Below, one piece after another: positions 51,801-64,000 of a DNA stretch of 64,000 nt. This DNA is from the human T2T-CHM13v2.0 reference genome, Homo sapiens. Made by a program: the position numbers and the translations under genes. Under the pieces are notes generated by a model. It was not told the origin of the DNA. It did not search any database and was given only the letters and a program-made list of their open reading frames with translations. The stretch lies in the NCBI RefSeq assembly GCF_009914755.1, contig NC_060947.1; one strand, given 5' to 3'. How positions within the stretch are numbered: position 1 is the first letter of the stretch; each line of letters begins with the position of its first letter.

Positions 51801-54800
51801 CACATATGCTGCAAGAAGAGTGTTTTCAACCTGCTGAATCAAAAGAAAGGTTTAACTTTGTGAGATGAATCCAAACATCAGAAAGCAGTTTCACGGCTAC
51901 CTTCTTTATAGTTTTATCTGGGGATATTCAATTTTTCACTGTAGGCCTCAATGGGCTCCCCAATGTCCCTTCACAGATTTTGCAAGACATGTGTTTCCAA
52001 CCTGCTGAATCAAAAGAAGGTTTAACATTGTGACATGAATCTGCACACCACAATGCAGTTTCACAGATACCTTCTTATTTGTTTTTATCTGATGATATTT
52101 AGTTTTTCACAGTAGGCCTCAATGGACTCCCAATAGTCTTTTCTCAGATCCTACAAAAAGAGTGTTTCCAACCAACCAAATCACAAGAAAGGTTTAGCTC
52201 TGTGAGATGAATCCACACAGCAGAAAACAGTTTCACAGATAGCTTCTTTCTAGTTTTTATCTGGGGATATTTGGCTTTTCACCGTAGGTCTCAATGGGCT
52301 TCTAAATATTTCTTTGCAGATTCTACAAGAAGAGTGTTTACATCCTCCTGAATCAAAAGAAAGGTTTAACTCTTTGAGATGAACCCACACGTCAGAAAAA
52401 AGTTTCATACGGTTTTCTAGTTTTTATCTGGGAATATTCAGTTTGTAACCTTAAGCTTCTAAAGGCTCCCAAATGTCCCCTTGCAGTTTCTACAAGAAGT
52501 GTTTCCAACTTTCTGAATCAAAAGAAAAGTTTAACTGGGACAGGTGAATACACACATGAGGAAGCATTTTCAGAGATACCTTCTTTAGAGTTTTTATCTG
52601 GTATTCAGTTTTTCACCATAGGCCGCAATGGGCGATCAAATATTTCTTTAATAATTCTACTAGAAGAGTTTTTCCAACTGCTGAGTCAAAAAAAAAAAAG
52701 TTTAACTCTGTGAGATGAATCCACACATCGGAAAGGAGATTCACAGATAGCATTTTTCTAGTTTTTTTTTTTCTGGAAATATTATTTTTTCACCATAGGC
52801 CTCAATTGGCTTGCAAATGTCCCTTTGCAGATTCTACAAGAAAAGTGTTTCCAACCTGCTAAATCAAAAGAAAGGTTTTACTCTGTGAGATGATTCCACA
52901 CATGAGAAAGCAGTTACACAGATAGCTTCTTTCTAATATTTATCTGGAAAATTCAGTTTTTAACCTTAGGCCACAATATGCTCCCCAATGTGCCTTTGCA
53001 GATTCTATGAGGAGAGTGTTTCCAACTTGCTGAACCACAGGAAGGTTTGTCTCTGTGAGATGAATCCACACATCAGAATGCAGCTTCGTAGATAGCTTCT
53101 TTCTAGGTTTTATTAAGGATATTAGGTTTTTCATCATAGGCTTCAGTGGGCTCCCAAATATTTCTTCACAGATTCTACAAGAAGAGTGTTTACATCCTCC
53201 TGAATCAAAAGAAAGGTTTAACTCTTTGAGATGAACAGACACATCAGAAAATAAGTTTCATACATAGCTTTTTTCTAGTTTTTATCTGGGAATATTTGGT
53301 TTGTCACCTTAGGCCTCAATAGCCTCCCAAATGTCCCTTTGCAGATACTACAAGAAGAGTTGTTCCAACCTGCTGAAAGAAAAAAATTTTAACACTGTGA
53401 GATGAATCCACATATCACAAAGCAGTTTCACAGATAGTTTCTATTTTTTACCTGAAGATATTCCGTTTTTCACCAGTGGCCTCAATAGGCTCCCAAATGC
53501 CCATTCGCAGATAGAACAAGGTGTTTTCAAGCTGGTGAATCAAAAGAAAGATTTAAACTTTGAGACGAATCCACACATCAGAAAACATATTCACAGATAG
53601 CTTTTATGTATTTTTTATGGAAGGATATTCGGTTTTTCACCCATAGGCCTCAATGGGCTCCCAAGTGTCTTCACGCAGACTGTGCGAGAAGAGTGTTTCC
53701 AATCTGCTGAATCAAAAGAAAGGTTTAAATGGGTTAGATGAATCCACACATTAGAAACGAGTTTCAAAGATAGCTTCTTTCCAGTTTTTTTCTGGGGATA
53801 TTTGGGTTTTCACCACAGGCCTCAATGGGCTCCCAAATGTCCTCACGCAGACTCTGCGAGAAGAGAGTTTCCAACCTGCTGAATCAAAAGAAAACTTTAA
53901 CTCTGAGAAGAATCCACACATCAGAAAGCAGATTCACAGATAGATAGCTTCTTTCCAATTTTTTTGCTTGGGATATTCGGTTTTTCACCATAGGCCTCAA
54001 TGAGCTTTCAAATGCCCTTTCCCAGATTCTACAAGAAGAGTGTTTCCAATACACTGAATCAAAAGAAAGAATTAACTGAGTTAGATGAATCCTCGCATTA
54101 CAAAGCAGTTTCACAGATAGCTTATTTTTAGTTTTTATTTGGGAATATTTAGTTTTTAACCATAGGCTTCAATGGGCCCTCAAACGTCCTGTCACAGATT
54201 CCACAAGAAGAGGCTTTTTAACCTGCTGAATCAAAAGAAAGGTTCAACTCTGTGAGACGAATCCACACATCAGAAAGCCTTTTCACAGATAGCTTCTTTC
54301 TAGTTTTTTATCATGGGATAATCTGTTTTTCACCATAGGCCTCAGTGGGCTCCCAAATGTCCCATTGCAGATTCTACAAGAAGAGTGTTCCCAACCTGCT
54401 GAATAAAACCAGATATTTAACTCTGTGAGATGAATCCACACATCAAAAATCCTTTTCACAGATAGATAGTTTCTTTCTAGGTTTTATCTGGGAATCTTTG
54501 GTTTTTAACCATAGGCCTTAATGGGTTTTCAAATATCCCTTCGCAGATTCTACAGGAAGAGTGTTTCCAATTTGCTGAATCAAAAGAAATATTTAACTGG
54601 GTTAGGTGAATCCACACATCACAAAACATCTCACATATAGATTCTTTCTAGTTTTTATCTGGGGACATTCCGTTTTTCACCTTAGAACTCAATGGGCTCC
54701 GAAAAGTCCCCTCACAGATACTACAAGAAGAGTGTTTCCAACCTACTGAGACAAAAGATAGGTTTAATACATTGAGAAGAATCCACACATCACAAAGCAG

Positions 54801-57800
54801 TTTCATAGATAGCTTCTGTCTAGCCTTTATCTGAGGATATTCGCATTTGCACCATAAGGCTCAACTGGCTCCCTAATGTCCATTTGGAGATACTTCAAGA
54901 AGAATGTTTCCAACATGCTGAATGAAAAGAAAGATTTAACTCTGTGAGATGAATCCACACATCACAAAGCAGTTTCATGGATAGCTTCTTTCTAGTTTTT
55001 GTCTGAGGATATTCAGGTTTTCCCCATAGGCCTCAATAGGCTCTAAAATGTCTATTTGCAGATATTATAAGAAGAAAGTTTCCAAACTGCTGAATCAAAA
55101 GAAAGGTTTAACTGTGTGAGATAAATCCACACATCAGAAAGCAGATTCACAGATAGCTTGTTTGTATTTTTTATCTGGAGATAATCTGTTTTTCACAATA
55201 GGCCTCAATGGGCTCCCAAATATCCCTTCACAGATTCTACAAGAAGTGTGTTTCCAACCAGCTGAGAAAAATCAAAGATTTAACCCTGTGAGGTGATTTC
55301 ACACATAACAAGCAGTTTCACAGATAACTTGTTTCTAGTTTTTATCTGAGGATATTCAGTTTTTCACCATATGCCACAATAGGCTCCCAAATGTCCAATC
55401 GCAGTTACTACAAGAAGAGTGTTTCCAACATGTTTAATAAAAAGAAAGTTTCAACTATGCGAGTTCAATTCACATATCACAAATCAGTTTTAAAGATAGC
55501 TTCCTTCTAGTATTTATCTGGGGATATTCTGTTTTTCATAGTAGGTTTCAATGGGATCCCAAATGTCCTTTTGCAGTTTCTATAAAAAGAGTGTTTCCAA
55601 CCTGCTGAATAATAAAAAAGGTTTAACTCTGTGTGATGAATCCACTTTTCAAAAGCAGTTTCACATATAGCATGTTTTTAGTTTTAATCTGAGGATATTC
55701 TTTTTTTCACATTAGGCCTCAATGGGCTCCCAAATGCCCCTTTGCAGATTCTACAAAAAGAGTGTTTCCAACCTGCTGAATAAAAAGAATGGTTTAACAC
55801 TGTGAGATGAATCCACACATAACACAGCAATCTCACAGATAGCTTCTTTCCAGTCTTTATCTGGGGATATTCTGTTTTTCAACCTAGGCCTCAATGGGAT
55901 CCCAAATATCCCTTCACAGATTCTATAAGAAAAGTTTTTCCAATTTGCTGAATCCAAAGAAAGGTTTAACACATTGAGATGAATCCACACGTCACAAAGC
56001 AGTCTCTCTGATAGCTTCTTTCTGGTTTTTATTTGGGAATATTCAGTTATTCACCATAGGACATTATGGGCTTCCAAATATCCCTTCGCTTATTCTACAA
56101 GAAAAGTGTGTCCAATCTGCTGAAACAAAAGAAAAGTGTAGCACATTGAGATGAATCCACAAATCACAAAGCAGTTTCACAAATAGCTTCTTTCTAGTTT
56201 TTATCTGAAGATACTTGGTTTTTCACCATAGGCCTGAATAGGCTCCCAAATGTCCTTTTGCAGACACCACAAGAAGAGTGTTTCTGACCTGCTGAATGAA
56301 AAGAAAGGTTTAGCCCTGTACCATGAATCCACACATCAGAAAGCAGTTGCACAGATACCTTCTTTCTTTTCTTTATCTGGGGATATTCAGATTTTCACCA
56401 TTGGCCTCAAAGGGCTCCCAAATACTCATTCACAGATTCTACAAAAAGAGTGTTTCCATCCTGTCAAATCATAAAAAAGGTTTAACTCTGTGAGATGAAT
56501 CCACAATTCTAAAGCAGTTTCACAGACATCATCTTCTTACTTTTTATCTGGGGATATACAGTTTTTCACCATAGGCCTCAGTGGGCTCCCAAATGTCCTT
56601 TTGCAGATACTACAAGAAATGTGTTTCCAACCTACTGAAACAAAATAAAGGTTTAACACATTGAGATAAATCCACGCATCGCACAGAAGTTTCCTGGATA
56701 GCTTCTTTCTAGTTTTTATCTGAGGATATTCGATATTTCACCATAGACCTCAATAGGCTTCCAAACATCTATTTGCAGATGCTATAAGAAGAATGTTTCC
56801 AACCTGATAAATCAAAAGAAAGGTTTAACTCTTTGAGATGAATCCACACGTCAGAAAACAGATTTACAGATAGCTTGTTTGTATTTTTTATCTGAGGATA
56901 ATCTGTTTTTCACCATAGGCCCCAATGGGCTCCCAAATATCCTTTCACAGATTCCATAAGAAGTGTGTTTCCAACCAGCTGAAAAAAAAATCAAAGGTTT
57001 GACACTGTGATATGAATCCACACATCAAAGCCATTTCACAGATAGCTTCTTTGTAGTTTTTATCTGAGGATATTCTGTTTTTCACCATAGGCCACCATAG
57101 GCTCCCAAATGTCCAATCACAGTTACTGCAAGAGTGTTTCCAACCTTCTGAAGCAAAATTAAGTTTCAACTGTGTGAGATGAATCCACGTATCACTAAGC
57201 AGTTTCACAGATAGCTTCTTTCTGGTATTTACCTGGGGATAATCTGTTTTTCATAGTAGGCTTCAATGGGATCCCAAATGTCCTTTCACAGTTTCTACAA
57301 AAAGAGTGTTTCCAATCTGCTTAATCATAAAAAAAATTTAACTCTGTTTGATGAATCCACTCTTCAAAAGCAGTTTCACAGATAGCATCATCTTCTTAGT
57401 TTTTATCTGGGGATATTCCGTTTTTCACAATAGGCATCAATGGGCTGCCAAATGTCCCTTTGCAGATAGTACAAAAAGAGTGTTTCCAACTTGCCACATC
57501 AAAAGAATGGTTTAACTCTGTGAGATGAATCCATACATAACACAGCAATCTCACAGATAGCTTCTTTCTAGTTTCTATCTGGGGATATTAGGTTTTTCAA
57601 CCTAGGCCTCAAAGAGATCCCAAATATCCCTTTGCAGATTCTATAAGAAAACTTTTTCCAATTTGCTAAAACCACAGAAAGTTTTAACACATTGAGATGA
57701 ATTCACGCATCACAAAGCAGTTTCACTGATAGCTTATTTCTAGTTTTTATCTGAAGATATTTGGTTTTTCACCATAGGCCTGAATAGGCTCCCAAATGTC

Positions 57801-60800
57801 CATTCGCAGTACTAAAAGAAGAGTCTTTCCAACCTGCTGAATGAAAAGAAATGTTTAGCTCTGTACCATGAATCCACACAACAGAAAGTAGTTTCACAGA
57901 TAGCTTCTTTCTTGTCTTTATCTGAAGATATTCGGATTTTCACTATAGGCCTCATGGGCTTCCAAATGTCCTTTCACAGATTCTACAAAAAGAGTGTTTC
58001 CATTCTGGTGAATCATAAAAAAGTTTTAACTCTGTGAGATGAATCCACAATTCAAAAGCAGTTTCACAGACAGCATCTTCCTATTTTTTAAATGGGGATA
58101 TACAGTTTTTCACCATAGGCTTCAATGGGCTCCCAAATGTCATTTGCGGATACTACAAGAAGCGTGTTTACAACCTACTGAAACAAAAGAAAGGTTTAAC
58201 ACATTAAGATGAATCCACATATCACAAAGAAATTTCATAGATGTTTCTTTCTAGTTTTTATCTAAGGATATTTGATTTTTCACTGTAGGCCCTAGTAGGC
58301 TCCAAAATGCCCCTTTGTAGATTCTACAAGAAGAGTATTTCCAATCTGGTGAACCAAAAGAAAGGTTTACCTCTGTGAGATGAATCCAGACATCAAAAAG
58401 CACTTTCACGGATAGCTTCTTCTCATTTTTTATCTGGAGATATTCGGTTTTTCACAGTAGACTTCAATGGGCTCCCAAATTTCCCTTTGCAGTTTCTACA
58501 AAAACAGTGTTTCCAACCTGCTGAATCAAAAGAATGGCTTATCTCTTTGAGTTGAATCCGCGAATCACACAGCAGTTTCAGATAGATAGTTTCTTTCTAG
58601 TTTTTATCTGGGGATATTCAATATTTTCATAGCAGGCCTCAAAGAGCACCCAAATGTCCCTTTGCACATTCTACAAAAAGAATGTTTCCTACCTGCTGAA
58701 TCAAAAGAAATGTTTAACTCTGTGAGATGAATCTACACAACACAAAGCAGTTTCATAGATAGCTTCTTTCTAGTTTTTATCTGGGGATATTTGGTTTTTC
58801 ACCATAGGCCTCAATGGGTTCCCAAATGTCCCTTTGCAGATCCTACAACAAGTGTTTCCAACCTGCTGAAACAAAAGAAACGTTTATCATGTGAGATGAA
58901 TCCACCTATAACAAAGCAGTTTCACAGAGAGTTTCTTTTTAGTTTTTATCTGGGGATGTCTGTTTTTTCACCATAGGTCTCAATGGGCTCCCATATCTGC
59001 CATTGCAGATTCTACAAGAAGGCTGTTTTCAACCTCCTGAATCAAAAGAAATATTTAACTCTGTGAGGTGACTCTACACTTCAGAAGCAGTATCACAGAT
59101 AACTTCTTTTCAGTTTTTATCTGGGGATTCTTAGTTTTGCACAGTAGGCCTCAATAGGCTCCCAAATGTCCCTTCACAGATTCTACAAGAAGAGAATTTA
59201 CATCCTGGTGAAACAAAATAAACTTTTAACACTGAGATGGATCCACATATCACAAAGAACTTTCACAGATAGCTTCTTTCTCTTTTTTATCTGGGAATAA
59301 TCAGTTTTTCATAGTAGGCATTAATGGGCTCCCAAATGTCCTTTTGCAGATTCTACACGGAGAGTATTTCCAACCTGATGAATCAAAAGAAAGGTTTAAC
59401 TCTGTGAGATGAACTCAAACTTCACAAAGCAGTTTCAGAGATAGCTTCTTTCTAGTTTATATCTTGGGATGTTTTGTTTTTCACCATAGACCGCAAAAGG
59501 CTCCCAAATGTCCATTTGCAGATACTGCAAGAACAGTGTTTCCACCCTGCTGAATAAAAAAACGTTTAACTCTGTGAGATGAACCTACACGTCTGAAATC
59601 AGTTTTCCAGGTAGCTTCTACTTGGTTTTTATTTGGTGACATTCGGTTTTAAACCATAGGCCTCAATGGGCTCCCAAATGTCACTTCGCAGATTCCACAA
59701 GAAGCTTTTCCAACCTGCTGAACTAAAAGAAAAGTTTAACTCTGTGGGATGAATTTACACCTCACAGAGCAGTTTCGCAGACAGTTTCCATCCACTTTTT
59801 ATCTGAGTATATTATTTTTTTCACAGTAGGACTCCACAGGCTCCCAAATGTCCCATCGCAGACTCTATAAGAAGAGTGTTTCCAACCTGCTATAACAAAA
59901 CAAAGTTTTAACTCTGTGAGACTTATCCTCAGATCAAAAAAGCAGTTTCACAGATAGCTTCTTCTTAGCTTTTATCTAGAGATATTCGCTTTTCCACAGT
60001 ATGCCCCAGTGATATCCCAAATGTCCCCTCACAGATTCTACAAAAAGTTTTTCAAAGCTGCTGAATCAAAAGAATGGTGTACCTCTGTGAGAGGAATCCA
60101 CACATCACAAAGCAGTTACACAGATAGCTTCTTTCAGGTTCTTAACTGGGGATATTTGGTTTTTTATTTCAGGCCTCAATGGTCTCCCAAAAGTCCCTTC
60201 ACAGATTCTACAAGAATAGTGTTCCAACATGCTGAAATAAAATAATGCTTTAACTCTGTGAGATGAATCCACACATCAGGAAGCAGTTTCACAGACAGGT
60301 TTTCTCTGCTTTTTATCTGGGGATATTCAGTTTTTCACCATAGGCCTCAATGGGCTCCAAAACGTCCCTTAGCAGATTCAACAAGAAGTGTGTTTCCAAC
60401 CTGCTGAAACAAAAGAAAGGTTTAACACATTGAGATGAATCCACACATCACAAAGCAGTTTCACAGACAGCTTCTTTCTCGTTTTTATCTGGGGATATTC
60501 AATGTTTCACCATAGACCTCAATGTGCTGTCCAATGTCCCTACACAGATTTTACAAGAAGGCTCTTTCCAACCTGCTGAATCAAAAGATTTAACTCTGTG
60601 AGATGTATCCACACTTCAGAAAGCAGTTTCAAAGACAGCTGCTTCTCAGTTTTTATCTCAAGATACTTAGTTTTACACAGTAGGCTTCAATAGGCTCCCA
60701 AATGTCCTTTTGCAGAATCTAGAAAAAGAGTGTTTCCCACCTGCTGAGTCAAAAGAATGGTTTAACTCTGTGAGATGAATCCAATCATCACAAAGCACTT

Positions 60801-63800
60801 TCACAGATAACTTCTTTCTAGTTTTTATCTCTGGGATATTCAGTTTTTCACCATAAGCCTCAATGGGCTCCCAAATGTCCCTTCACAGATTCTACGAGAA
60901 GTGTGTTTCCAACCCGCTGAAACAAAATAAAGGTTTAGCACATTGAGATGAATCCACACATCAAAAAGCAGTTTCACAGGTAGATTACTTGTACTTTTTA
61001 TCTGAGGATATTCAGTTTTTCACCATAGGCCTCAATAGGCTCCTAAATGTACATTCACATATATTACACAAAAAGTGTTTCCAACCTGCTGGATGAAAAG
61101 AATAGCTTAACTCTGTGAGCTAAATCCAAACATCAGAAAGCAGTTTCACAGATAGCTTCTTTGTAGTTTTTAACTGGGGATATGCTATTTTACATTATAG
61201 GCCTCCATGGGCTCCCAAATGTTTATTTGCAGATTCAACAGGAAGAGTTTTTCCAACCTGCTGAAAGAAAAGAAAGGTTTAACATATTGAGATGAATCCA
61301 CACATTTCAGAACAGTTTCACAGATAGCTTCTTCCTAGTTTTCATCTGAGCATATTCTGTTTTTCACCATAGGCCTCAATGGGCTCCCAACTGTCCCTTT
61401 GCGCATTCTAAAAAATGAGTGTTTCCAATCTGCTGATTCAAAAGAAAGGTTTCACTCTGTGCGATGAATCCACACATCAGAAAGCAGTTTCGGAGATTGC
61501 TTCTTTCTAGTTTTTATCTGGGGATATTCAGTTTTTCACCAGAGGCCTCAGTGGGCTTCCAAATGTCCCTTTGCAGATTCTGCAAGAAAAGTGTTTCCAA
61601 CCTGCTGAATCAAAAGAAAAGTTTAAATTGTGATATGAATTCACGCATCACAGTTAGTTTCACCATAGTTTCTTTCTACTTTTTATCTGGGGACATTTGG
61701 TTTTTCACCATAGGCCTCAATGCTCAACAAAATTTCCCTTCGAAGTTTCTACAAGAATAGTGTTTCTAACCTGATGAAAGAAAAGAAAGGTTTAACACTG
61801 TGAGATGAATGCACACATCACAAAGCAGTTTCACAGATAGATTCTTACTCATTTTTATCTGAGGTTATTTGGTTTATCACCATAGGCCACAATAGGCTCC
61901 GAAATGTACATTTGTATATACTACACAAAAAGTGTTTCCATCATGCTGGATCAAAAGAATGGCTTAAATCTGTGAGATCAATCCAAACATGAGAAAGCAA
62001 TTTCACAGATAGCTTCTATTTAGTTTTTATCTGTAGATATTTTATTTTTCATTACAGGCCTCAATGGTGTCCCAAATGTCCCTTTGCAGATTCCACAAGA
62101 AGAGTGTTTCCAACCTGCTGAAAGAAATGTTTAACATATTGAGATGAATCTACACGCCACAAAGCAATTTCAGAAATAGCTTCTTTCTAGCTTTTGTCTG
62201 GGAATATTTGGGAATCTTCACAGATTTTACAGGAAGGGTGTTTCCAACATGCTGAATCAAAAGAACTTTTAACTCTGTGAGATGAATCCACCCATCAGAA
62301 AGCAGTTTCACAGACAGCTTCTTTCTATTTTTTATCTGGGGATATTGGATTTTTCAAGATAGGCCTCAATGGGCTTCCAAATGCTTCTTCACAGCTTCTA
62401 CAAGCAGAGTGTTTCCAACCTGCTGAATCAAAAGAAAGGTTTAGATCTGTGACATGAATCCACATATCACACACAGGTTTCACAGATTGCTTCTTCCTAG
62501 TTTTTATCTGGGGATGATTGGTTATTCACCAAAGGCCTCAATGGGCTCCCAAATTTCCCCTCACAGATTTACAAAAAGAGTGTTTCCAACCTGCTGAGTT
62601 AAAAGAATGGTTTAACTTTTTGAGATGAATCCACACATAACAAAGCAGTTTCACAGATACCTTTTTCTAGTTTTTATCTGGGAATAATCAGTTTTTCACC
62701 ATAAGCCTCAATGGTCTGCCAAATGTTTCTTTACAGATTCTACAAGAGGAGTGTTTCCAACCTGCTCTAACAAAAGAAAGATTTAACTCCGTGATATTAA
62801 TCCACACATCAGAAAGCAGTTTCACAGATAGCTTTTTTCCAGTTTTTATCTGTGAATATTTGGTTTTTCACCATAGGCCTCAATAAGCTCCCAAATGTCC
62901 ACTCACAGATACTACAAGAAGAGTGTTTCCAACCTGCTGAATCAAAACCAAGGTTTAACTCTGTGAGATGAATCCACACATCACAATGCAGTTTCACAGA
63001 TAGCTTATTCTTAGTTTTTATCTGGGGATATCAGTTTTTCACAGTAGGCCTCAATGGGTTTTCACGTGTCCCTTCACAGATTGTACAAAGAATTTTTCCA
63101 ACTTGATGAATCAAAAGAATGGTTTAACTCTGAAAGGTGAATCCACACATCACAAAGCAGTTTCACAGATAGCTTCTTTCTAGTTTTTTTCTGGGGATAT
63201 TCTGTTAATCACCATATGCCTCAATGGTCTCCCAAATGTCCCTTTGCAGATTCTACAAGAAGAGTGTTTCCAAACTGTTCAAATGAAAGAAAGGTTTAAC
63301 ATATTGAGATGATTCCACACATCACAAAGCACGTTCACAAATAGCTTCTTTCTAGTTTTTATCTGAGGATATTCTGTTTTTCACCATAGGCCTAATTTGG
63401 CTCCCAAATGTCCATTCACAAATTCTACACGAATAATATTTGCAACAAGCTGAAGCAATAGAAAGGTTTAACTCTGTGAGATGAATGCACAAATAAGAAA
63501 CCAGGTTCACAGATAGCTTCTTTCTAGTTTTTATCTGGAGATATTCGGTTTTTCACCATAGGTCTCCACGGTATCCCAAATGTCCCTTTGCAGATTCTAC
63601 AAGAATAGTGTTTCCAACCTACTGAATCACAAGAAAGGTTAACTCTGTGAGATGAATCCACACTTCACAAAGGAGTTTCACAAGTAGATTCTGTCCAGTT
63701 TTTATTGGAGGATATTCAGGGGTTCCCTATAGGCCTGAATGACATCCCAAACATCCTTTCCAAGTTTCTATTAACAGAGCATTTCTGACCTGCTAAATTA

Positions 63801-64000
63801 AAAGAAATGTTTAACTCTGTGTGATCAATGCACACATCACAAAGCGGTTTCCCAGATAGCTTCTTTCTAGTTTTTATTGGTGGATATTCAGTTGTTCAGT
63901 ATAGGCCTCAATGGGCTCCCAACCTGGTGAATCAAAAGAAAGGTTTATCTCTGTGAGATGAATACATACATCACCCACCTGTTTCACAGATAGCTTCTTT
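48805..64000. repeat. Ancient monomeric alpha satellite, right block part 2
   Basis: ~171-bp units continue to the window end with the same variant set as 37449-42713. Contains multi-monomer duplications. Confidence 0.97.

Noticed and set aside
37449-64000. Active centromeric higher-order repeat or CENP-B boxes
   Set aside because: No YTTCGTTGGAARCGGGA motif was seen on either strand. The duplications are two-copy and visibly diverged.

Overview
Primate, probably human, pericentromeric DNA. About 44 kb is old, divergent monomeric alpha satellite (~171-bp units, one orientation, no CENP-B boxes seen). It is interrupted by four decayed retroelements: (1) the 5' part of a minus-strand HERV-K-class provirus with a MER11D-like LTR (HML-7-like, 1-6178); (2) a 2.5-kb plus-strand HML-2-like integrase-env-LTR5 fragment with strong G-to-A hypermutation (29157-31663); (3) a near-full-length L1PA3/4-like LINE-1 fused directly to that fragment (31664-37448); and (4) a two-LTR, internally deleted HERVK9/HML-3 provirus with a clean 6-bp target-site duplication (42714-48804). 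I found no intact protein-coding gene, RNA gene or CRISPR array, and I cannot support a new biological system here. The most interesting items are the APOBEC3-type hypermutation, the HERV-K/L1 fusion lying where the satellite consensus changes, several multi-monomer satellite duplications, and templated-insertion scars. Family names come from recalled consensus sequences and need RepeatMasker/Dfam confirmation.
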